A DNA stretch of 32,000 nt from Candidatus Electronema halotolerans (GTDB lineage Bacteria; Desulfobacterota; Desulfobulbia; Desulfobulbales; Desulfobulbaceae): NCBI GenBank assembly GCA_942493095.1, contig OW818675.1, positions 2,550,001 to 2,582,000 on the forward strand, given 5' to 3'. This document shows positions 9,201 to 14,854 of the stretch, piece after piece; the stretch's first letter is position 1; every line of letters starts with the position of its first letter. The position numbers and the translations under genes were made by a program. The notes below the pieces were generated by a model, which ran no database searches, was not told where the DNA came from, and worked only from the letters and a program-made list of their open reading frames with translations.

Positions 9201-10060
9201 CCTATCACCAATTGGGGATAATCGCCGAGGAGCAGCGGGATTTTGCCGCTGCTGAACAATGGTATAAGAAATCGCTGGCTATCGAAGAAAAACAAGGCAA
9301 CGAGCACGGCGCGGCAAGTTCGTATCACCAATTGGGGATAATCGCCGAGGAGCAGCGGGATTTTGCCGCTGCGGAACAATGGTATAAGAAATCGCTGGCG
9401 ATTAAGGAAAAACAAGGCGACGAGCACGGCGCGGCGACCACCTATCATAATTTAGGAGCAATCGCCCAAGAACAGCGGGATTTTGCCGCTGCGGAACAAT
9501 GGTATAAGAAATCGCTGGCGATTAAGGAAAAACAAGGCGACGAGCACGGCGCGGCGACCACCTATCACCAATTGGGGATGATCGCCCAGAAGCAGCGGGA
9601 TTTTGCCGCTGCGGAACAATGGTATAAGAAATCGCTGGCTATCTTTGAAAAACAAGGCAACGAGCACGGCGCGGCAAGTTCGTATCACCAATTGGGGATA
9701 ATCGCCGAGGAGCAGCGGGATTTTGCCGCTGCGGAACAATGGTATAAGAAATCGCTGGCTATCGAAGAAAAACAAGGCAACGAGCACGGCGCGGCGACCA
9801 CCTATGCCCAATTAGGCTTATTGTCTGGCAGGATGGAACAGCAGGCTGATGCTGGCGGGTGGTTGCTCAAGGCTATTCAGAATTTTGCTGCCAGTAATGA
9901 TCAGCATAACACGATTCGGGCAATGGTAGATTATGTCCAGAATCTCCAATCCGCTGACCCGGCAACCCAAACCCTGCTCCGGCAAAAATGGCAGCAGGCC
10001 GGACTGGACAAAATCATCACCCTTGAGCAATTGGAGCAACAACTCAATGACCACACCTGA
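6272..10060 (+). CDS. CHAT (caspase-like) protease fused to an NB-ARC-type STAND NTPase and a TPR repeat array; about 1262 aa from the ATG at 6272.
   Basis: CHAT dyad: HFDGHG (His codon 6974-6976) and LNACQS (Cys codon 7145-7147), plus the PWE-type motif WPWEAL. Walker A is GMAGAGKTTLA (from 7634) and Walker B is FLLIWDN. VLITSR and GNPLAL are NB-ARC/AP-ATPase signatures. At least 8 near-identical 40-aa TPR units follow. I prefer the ATG at 6272, which has GGAGAG 9 nt upstream, over the track's TTG at 6236. Confidence 0.9.
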   Translation: MSIHLQIKHVDSQDGQPQFVVVRGSDLKSSDSVTLTGPDQTIVPGRPHSNLQQDLRWYLEQFLELPTGAYPELAERVQDTLQQWGQDCFESLFQKQAYLWFEEARKAGLENLHLKISSDDPRVLAWPWEALHDPETGTLAHHCRIERQISKNVPDPLPLPEHLPKDRINILLVIARPHGDQDVGFHALSRPLVELARAQQMPVHIDVLRPPTFDRLRQQLHDKPGFYHIVHFDGHGGYGATEERISSDVFKSSVQGRLLFENDEAEAAPVEAAKLSELLAEYRIPIMVLNACQSARIDDQAEDAFASVAAALLKAGIRSVVAMGHSLYVSGAQQFVPAFYRRLLESANPAEAVRAGRQEMLAHDQRPCLLGEYPLQDWLVPVLYQQMQTDETVLARPVAATPAGKFTLAEEAAPDPLPEQARQLGDDGFIGRQQAVQQLERARLQQEQAAFLIHGMAGAGKTTLAKGFLHWLRDTGGLEQQVFWFSFDEIRSAEFVINELVDSIFGTDARAAALEQKLAGLIKVFREHPFLLIWDNFESASGLAGTEVRPMLSEEDRGLLKELLAKLRGGKTKVLITSRSTEKWLSTGECFRLPLSGLHGEELWQFCNQVLRNLGLKVKRDDEDFRALIEELDGNPLALRTVLLQLQEKKPAHLLAALRKKFALLEGDESSKRILAALAVLDQGLPEEYGPVLQLIGLHRRFVDMDYLAKYMLHTEEITEPIQNCFALLETAGLLSALGSNIFQMHPALQSYLAQQHPAEEALQRAFVDFMGRFADQLAPKELHEQRVPFALHQGNFHHALDLAQQLDDMDWAVAALTQSLAAYFQNSRDYAGAAQLFADLAEHRHQKNDHEGEAGAYHQLGKIAQEQRDFAAAEQWYKKSLAIKEKQGNEHGAATTYHNLGAIAQEQRDFAAAEQWYKKSLAIKEKQGNEHGAATTYHQLGIIAEEQRDFAAAEQWYKKSLAIKEKQGNEHGAATTYHQLGIIAEEQRDFAAAEQWYKKSLAIEEKQGNEHGAASSYHQLGIIAEEQRDFAAAEQWYKKSLAIKEKQGDEHGAATTYHNLGAIAQEQRDFAAAEQWYKKSLAIKEKQGDEHGAATTYHQLGMIAQKQRDFAAAEQWYKKSLAIFEKQGNEHGAASSYHQLGIIAEEQRDFAAAEQWYKKSLAIEEKQGNEHGAATTYAQLGLLSGRMEQQADAGGWLLKAIQNFAASNDQHNTIRAMVDYVQNLQSADPATQTLLRQKWQQAGLDKIITLEQLEQQLNDHT
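8841..9810 (+). repeat. Tandem 120-bp (40-codon) in-frame repeats encoding the TPR array. There are 8 near-identical units plus degenerate flanking units.
   Basis: The string ttttgccgct recurs at 8881, 9001, 9121, 9241, 9361, 9481, 9601 and 9721. By direct comparison, 8988..9279 is perfectly 120-periodic. The unit consensus is YHQLGIIAEEQRDFAAAEQWYKKSLAIKEKQGNEHGAATT. Confidence 0.95.
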
Positions 10061-10442
10061 ACAAGACCGCCGCATCCTCCACACCCTGGCCGCCGCTGAC
10101 CCGGATTTTGCCGCGTTTCAGGAAAAATTCCCCGTCGCCGCTCCTGCCGACTTGGCCCCGGACATCATTCAGGATACGCTGGTCGTCCTCAATCAAGACC
10201 CGCAGCAGGCCGCTGTCATCAATGCCCTGCGCAATCAGGACCAAACCTGCAAGAGCTTTGCCGGCGGCACGGAAATCACTGCTCTGGTCGCTGTCGCCTT
10301 TGTCCTCCGTACCCACATCAAGGTCGAACGCACCAGCTCCGGCAAATGGCGTTTCCTGATCGAGCATAAACCGGCGGATTCCAAACTGCTCACGGCCCTG
10401 CTCGCCAAGCTGGAGCAGCTTTTTAGCGACAGCAGGACGTGA
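10047..10442 (+). CDS. 131-aa protein of unknown function, translationally coupled to the CHAT-NB-ARC-TPR gene.
   Basis: The ATG at 10047 is preceded by GGAG (10033-10036) and overlaps the upstream gene's last 14 nt (stop at 10058-10060). Sequence from the track (residue 39 onward) begins MTTPEQDRRILHTLAAADPDF and ends LLAKLEQLFSDSRT. I recognise no motif in it. Codon usage and composition look like those of the neighbouring genes. Confidence 0.6.
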   Translation: MTTPEQDRRILHTLAAADPDFAAFQEKFPVAAPADLAPDIIQDTLVVLNQDPQQAAVINALRNQDQTCKSFAGGTEITALVAVAFVLRTHIKVERTSSGKWRFLIEHKPADSKLLTALLAKLEQLFSDSRT

Positions 10443-10565
10443 AGGCAGCATCCAGCACTCAGTGTGATTGCCTGCATCGTCCTGATCTGTCGGCAGCTTT
10501 AAGTTTCGGCGTACTTTGGCCTAAACGCTCTCAGAGGACGGGCAGCGACTGCAAGGGAGACCATC

Positions 10566-10594
10566 AAAAAAACCCCGCTGCAAAGGAGCGGGGT
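10566..10594 (-). terminator. Rho-independent terminator for the minus-strand OMP gene. It may also stop the plus-strand CHAT operon.
   Basis: ACCCCGCT (10572-10579) pairs with AGCGGGGT (10587-10594) around a 7-nt loop. The A-run at 10566-10572 reads as a U-tract on the minus strand. It lies about 30 nt downstream of the OMP stop at 10626. Confidence 0.75.
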
Positions 10595-10625
10595 CTTAAC
10601 TGCGGCAGATGCCGATTGAGGCTGA

Positions 10626-11597
10626 TCAGAACGAATATCTCACTGCGGCATTGAAGGAGCTGGTTTTCACATCATTGAACAGGGTATGATCGTCATTGCC
10701 CAGATCAAGCGCGGATGTCCGCATGTATTCATAGCCCACGTCCATGCCGATGTTCTGGGTGAATTCATAGGCCACGCCTGCCCCGACCTTGTAGGCGAAA
10801 CCGGTGTCGCTGTCCTCGTCATCATTGACAAAGGTGATTTCCGCCTTGCCTGCGCCCATGCCTGCCATGCCATAAACGGACAGGGCATTGCAGTTTGCGC
10901 CGAAAATGCCGAAAGTAGGCACTGGCAGATGATAAAAGCCGTTCAGCATCAGCGTCTTGATGGTGATGTCTGACAGTCCTGGCGAGGAGAAATCAGCCGT
11001 CTGCATGGCCATCTCGCCTTCAGCCCGGAAATTGCCGAAGCGTCGGCCTCCGGCCAGACCTGCCCCATAGCCGGTGTCTGTCTCGCCCCTGAAGCCGTAT
11101 TCAGCTTTGTCAACATCCATGGAACCGCTCCAGACCATTCTGGCGATGCCCTTGACATACCAAGGGTTATACTGATCATCGTGCGTCTTGCGGGTCTTGA
11201 GGGCATTGATCTCATTGTCGTGCCGATCAAGCCGGGTCGAGTTGGCTCTGATCTCGCTGTCCTGACGGGCCTGATCCGACTGAAGCGCATCAATTTCACT
11301 GTCTTGGCGGGCCTGATCCGCTTGGAGGCTGTTGATTTGATCATCCTGCCGGGTCTGGCTGGAGTTCAGGCCGTTGATCTGACCATCCTGCCGCGCCTGG
11401 CTGGAATTCAGGCCGTTGATCTGCTCGTCTTGGCGGGCTTGGCTTGAATTCAGCATGTCAATCTGATCCTGACAGTCGTCAGGGCAGCCCGGCCCTGTCG
11501 GCCCTTTGGTCGGCACATATTTGGACCCGGCCACGCTGTAGCCTGCAGCCGCTAACAGCAGGACTGAAGCCGCTGCCGCGCTTACTATTTTTTTCAT
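10626..11597 (-). CDS. Outer-membrane protein with a signal peptide, an Lpp-like 14-residue-repeat coiled coil and a C-terminal OmpA-like/OMP_b-brl beta-barrel.
   Basis: The start at 11597 (MKKIVSAAAASVLLLAAAGYSVAG) has GGGGAG upstream; the track's longer start at 11693 is unlikely. There are seven 14-aa repeats (INGLNSSQARQDxQ type). The C-terminal half alternates Gly and aromatic residues and ends in ...AAVRYSF, a terminal Phe typical of OMPs. Confidence 0.8.
   Translation of the reverse strand: MKKIVSAAAASVLLLAAAGYSVAGSKYVPTKGPTGPGCPDDCQDQIDMLNSSQARQDEQINGLNSSQARQDGQINGLNSSQTRQDDQINSLQADQARQDSEIDALQSDQARQDSEIRANSTRLDRHDNEINALKTRKTHDDQYNPWYVKGIARMVWSGSMDVDKAEYGFRGETDTGYGAGLAGGRRFGNFRAEGEMAMQTADFSSPGLSDITIKTLMLNGFYHLPVPTFGIFGANCNALSVYGMAGMGAGKAEITFVNDDEDSDTGFAYKVGAGVAYEFTQNIGMDVGYEYMRTSALDLGNDDHTLFNDVKTSSFNAAVRYSF
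11184..11462 (-). repeat. In-frame 42-bp tandem repeats encoding the coiled-coil segment of the OMP.
   Basis: The protein units are IDMLNSSQARQDEQ, INGLNSSQARQDGQ, INGLNSSQTRQDDQ, INSLQADQARQDSE, IDALQSDQARQDSE, IRANSTRLDRHDNE and INALKTRKTHDDQ. The DNA shows recurring ggccgttgatct and ctggctgga blocks. Confidence 0.85.
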
Positions 11598-11811
11598 GAT
11601 CTCCCCTTTTGTTCTGGTTGTTCTGTCCGCGCCGGATGGAGCTTCTTCTCTGTAATCATAATGGAACAGGGATTGAAAAGCAAGAGCAAACATGGCAGTG
11701 CAAATTTTTGCATCAGTCGTGAAAATGCCTTCCCTGACAGGAGATTTCTTATGTCAGGAACTGGTCGGCAAGTCGATTTCCGCCTGTTTTTCCCTTGTTT
11801 CGGAACAATTT

Positions 11812-11994
11812 TTAATACTGCTCCTGTGGCGGCAGCACTTTGGCCTCGTCGATCAGCATGATGGGGATGTTGTCCCGGATTTCATAGAGAAGCTGACAGG
11901 CGGCGCAGGCAAGGCCGTCCTGGCTTTCCGTGAGCTGAACCGGCCCTTTGCATTTGGGGCAGACAAGGATGTCAAGAAGCTGCTGGCTGATCAT
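11812..11994 (-). CDS. Trm112/YcaR (UPF0434) family small zinc-ribbon-like protein (60 aa).
   Basis: LLDILVCPKCKGPV...LACAACQLLYEIRDNIPIML is the characteristic Trm112p-like pattern and size. Confidence 0.85.
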   Translation of the reverse strand: MISQQLLDILVCPKCKGPVQLTESQDGLACAACQLLYEIRDNIPIMLIDEAKVLPPQEQY

Positions 11995-12084
11995 GGCGTT
12001 TATTTCAGGTTGGATTGATCACTGTTGAGGGTTGCTTTTTTTGTCTTTGCGCGGAGCCGCAGGGCGGTGCTCTGTCTGCGCAAA

Positions 12085-12993
12085 TCAGACCTTTTCCTGC
12101 GCGGCCCGGCCCAGAATCCCGGCAGGCCGGAAGATCAGGATCAGCACGAGGAGGGAGAAGGCGAAGACATCCTCGTAGTCGCTGGAAACATAACCTGCGG
12201 CAAAGGCTTCGGTCAGGCCGAGGATGAAGCTGCCTATAACTGCGCCGGGAATGGAGCCAATGCCGCCCAGCACTGCGGCGGTGAAGGCTTTGATCCCGGC
12301 GATGAAGCCGATGGAGACGTTGATCTGGCCGACATGGGAGGCGATGAGCAGCCCGCCCAGCGCGGCCAAGGCCGAGCCGATGATGAAGGTGGCGGAAATG
12401 ACCCGGTTGATGTCAATGCCGAGCAGGAGGGCCATAGTTTGATCTTGGGCTGTGGCCCGCATGGCCTTGCCCAAGCGGGTGAATTTGATCAGCCACGTCA
12501 GGCCGACCATTGCCACTGCCGTGATGGCCAGAATCACCAAGTCGGTGGAGCCGGTGACTGCGGCCAAGGGTTCCGGCAGCTCAAAAAGCGGAATCAGTTC
12601 CGGGAAGGGCAGGAAATCCGGGGTCTGGGCCAGCAGGACATAGTTCTGGAGAAAGATCGACATGCCAATGGCTGAGATCAGCGGCGAGAGCCGGGGTGCC
12701 TTGCGCAGGGGCCGGTAGGCTATCTGTTCGGTGGTGAAACCGTAGGCAGCGGCCCAGACTGAGGCGGCCAGCACGGCCAAGATGAAGATTGCCGCTCCGG
12801 GAAAGCCGTAAATGGACAGCACTGTGGCGGCAATGTAGGCAGTAAAGGCTCCGATCATGTAAATCTCGCCGTGGGCAAAATTGATCAGGCCGATGATGCC
12901 ATAGACCATCGTGTAGCCCAGCGCAATCAGGGCGTAGATCGAGCCGCGTGTCAGGCCGCTGAAAAAAAGTTCGGTCAGATAGGTTGCGTCCAT
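12085..12993 (-). CDS. livH: Branched-chain amino acid ABC transporter permease of the LivH family.
   Basis: 302 aa and polytopic. The N-terminus LFFSGLTRGSIYALIALGYTMVYGIIGLINFAHGEIYMIGAF is the canonical LivH/BraD signature. Confidence 0.85.
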   Translation of the reverse strand: MDATYLTELFFSGLTRGSIYALIALGYTMVYGIIGLINFAHGEIYMIGAFTAYIAATVLSIYGFPGAAIFILAVLAASVWAAAYGFTTEQIAYRPLRKAPRLSPLISAIGMSIFLQNYVLLAQTPDFLPFPELIPLFELPEPLAAVTGSTDLVILAITAVAMVGLTWLIKFTRLGKAMRATAQDQTMALLLGIDINRVISATFIIGSALAALGGLLIASHVGQINVSIGFIAGIKAFTAAVLGGIGSIPGAVIGSFILGLTEAFAAGYVSSDYEDVFAFSLLVLILIFRPAGILGRAAQEKV

Positions 12994-13013
12994 CGGTTTC
13001 TGTCCTTGATTAG

Positions 13014-14615
13014 TCAGACGTTTCTGGTTTTCTGACAGACCGCTCTGAAGGCCGAAGGCAAAGCAGCGGCCAGTTCTGAAGCGGTGAAACCTTGACCGCG
13101 CTCCTCAGCTAAGATGTCCGCCGCCAGACCGTGGAGAAAAACACCGACTGCGGCTGCATCCCAGAGCGGACAGCCTTGGGCCAGCAGGCCGCCGGTCAGT
13201 CCGGCCAGCACATCGCCAGTGCCGCCAGTGGCCAAGCCGCTGTTGCCGCTGCTGTTGACTGCCCAGCGGCCTTTGCTGGAGCAGACCACAGTTCCCGCCC
13301 CTTTCAGGACGGTGATGATTTCTTGGCCGTCCCGGACATCCGCTTCTGCCAGCCAGTCTGCCGCCTTGAGCCGATCCGTCTGGATTTCGGCAGCAGTCAG
13401 GCCGGTCAGACGGGCCATTTCGCCGGGATGGGGCGTGAGGATGCGTGGCCCGCCGCTGTCCTCAAGGCAGAGCAGATTTTGGGCCAGCAGGTTGAGCGCG
13501 TCCGCATCCAAGAGCAGCGGCAGGTGCAGACGGCGGTGCAGGCGCAGGAGCAGCTCACTGGTTTCCTCGGCTGTGCCAATGCCAGGGCCGATGACCACTG
13601 CCTCCTTGTCCTCGGCCAATTCTGCGATCAGTTCGTGATCGGCGACAGACAGGTATTTTGTTGAATGCGGCAGAGGCACGGTCATGGCTTCCGGCAGGGC
13701 GGTCTCAAAAATCGGGTCAAGGGCGGCAGGCACGGCCAGCGTCACTAAGCCGCAGCCACTGCGCAAAGCAGCCTGCGCAGCCAGCAGGGCGGCCCCGGTC
13801 TTGCCTTCAGACCCGGCCAGAATCAGCAGATGGCCAAAGGTGCCTTTGTGGCCTGCCTTGGGCCGAGGCCGGAGCAGCGGAGCAATGCGCTGCCGGTCAA
13901 GCAGCTCACCGGGCAGATGGGCTGCAGCCAAAGCCTGCGGCGGAATGCCAATGTCAGCAACGACAAGCTTGCCGACTGCTGCGCCGCCGTGCAGATACTG
14001 GCCCGGCTTGGGCAGGGCAAAAGTCACGGTCAAATCAGCCTGCACCGCGCAGCCGAGCGGCATTCCAGTCTGGCCGGACAGCCCGGATGGCATGTCAACT
14101 GCCGCCACTGGCCAGTGCTGCCGCTGGGCCAAGGTGTTGATGAACTGGACCGCAGCGGCAAAGCGGCCTTCCAGCGTGCGGGTCAGGCCAGTGCCAAACA
14201 GGGCATCAACCAAGCTGTGGACAGGCCGGGTGAAGTGCAGCTGGCGGATGCGCTCCTCAAGGTCAGGCAAGTCCTGCTCCTGCTTGACAAGGCTGTGGTT
14301 AAGCCAAAGTTTGCCGCAGATTTCGGCATTGACTGCCGCGTCACCTCCCAGCCGGTCCGGTTCAACAAAAAAGATGAGAAACGGTGCGCCACCCCGTTGC
14401 AGGACATGGCGGGCGACCACCAAGCCGTCGCCGCCGTTGTTGCCCGGCCCGACAAAGACGCAGACCGTCCGGCCAGCAACCGGGCCAAACTCGGCTTCCA
14501 TCTGCTCCAGCATGGCCCGGCCCGCGTTCTCCATCAGGACAAGGCCGGGAATGCCGAAATCCTCCATAGCGGCCCGGTCAAGGGCCTGCATCTGCTCCGG
14601 GGTGACGAGGTTCAT
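13014..14615 (-). CDS. nnr: Bifunctional NAD(P)H-hydrate repair enzyme Nnr (YjeF_N epimerase plus ADP-dependent dehydratase).
   Basis: The epimerase motif GPGNNGGDG and the C-terminal carbohydrate-kinase-fold motif GGTGDVLAG are present. The start at 14615 (MNLVTPEQMQALD) fits typical family N-termini; the track start at 14711 adds an implausible leader. Confidence 0.88.
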   Translation of the reverse strand: MNLVTPEQMQALDRAAMEDFGIPGLVLMENAGRAMLEQMEAEFGPVAGRTVCVFVGPGNNGGDGLVVARHVLQRGGAPFLIFFVEPDRLGGDAAVNAEICGKLWLNHSLVKQEQDLPDLEERIRQLHFTRPVHSLVDALFGTGLTRTLEGRFAAAVQFINTLAQRQHWPVAAVDMPSGLSGQTGMPLGCAVQADLTVTFALPKPGQYLHGGAAVGKLVVADIGIPPQALAAAHLPGELLDRQRIAPLLRPRPKAGHKGTFGHLLILAGSEGKTGAALLAAQAALRSGCGLVTLAVPAALDPIFETALPEAMTVPLPHSTKYLSVADHELIAELAEDKEAVVIGPGIGTAEETSELLLRLHRRLHLPLLLDADALNLLAQNLLCLEDSGGPRILTPHPGEMARLTGLTAAEIQTDRLKAADWLAEADVRDGQEIITVLKGAGTVVCSSKGRWAVNSSGNSGLATGGTGDVLAGLTGGLLAQGCPLWDAAAVGVFLHGLAADILAEERGQGFTASELAAALPSAFRAVCQKTRNV

Positions 14616-14854
14616 GATTTTCTGGGGGGATGAAAAGATTGAGACCGTGATCAGCAGGCAGCAGAAACGCCGCAATATCTTGACTGTAGCATGTTCAGCC
14701 CGAACAGGCAAGGCTGTTGATGAGCGACTTCTCGCTGCCGGGCAGGAGACCGCAGCAGGCAGTCCGCATAGGTCAGTCGGATATCCAGCATATCCACCAG
14801 TCTGCCGTCATAGCCGACTGCATCCACGTTTCGCCCTTTCAAGATCATCTCAAG

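Noticed and set aside
8841-9810. The regular 120-bp repeat array considered as a possible CRISPR or other non-coding array.
   Set aside because: There is no repeat/unique-spacer alternation. The whole unit repeats, stays in frame and encodes TPR helices inside a long ORF.
8165-9811. Three repetitive minus-strand ORFs (267, 158 and 119 aa) with the repeated motif LFFLNRQRFLIPLFSSGKIPLLLGD.
   Set aside because: They are antisense shadows of the 120-bp TPR repeats. The plus-strand frame gives canonical TPR units continuous with the CHAT-NB-ARC protein, and the minus ORFs lack starts with an RBS.
9933-10046. The longer version (169 aa) of the small ORF, starting at 9933 inside the CHAT gene.
   Set aside because: It would overlap the upstream gene by 128 nt in another frame. 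The internal ATG at 10047 has a proper GGAG and the typical short coupling overlap.
11661-11861. A plus-strand small ORF with CAGGAG upstream of an internal ATG (about 11750) between the OMP and trm112-like genes.
   Set aside because: It overlaps the Trm112-like gene's 3' end on the opposite strand. The CCTGACA/TGTCAGG inverted repeat that contains its putative RBS is more likely a transcript-end structure. The translation is low complexity.
12025-12675. A 216-aa plus-strand ORF opposite livH.
   Set aside because: It has Gly/Asp/Glu/Arg-rich shadow-frame composition, and the opposite strand encodes a clear LivH permease.
14651-14848. A 65-aa minus-strand ORF in the 239-bp purL-nnr gap (MILKGRNVDAVGYDGRLVDML…).
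   Set aside because: It has no convincing RBS, no recognisable motif and a Cys/Arg-rich tail. It may be a gene remnant, but there is not enough support to call it.
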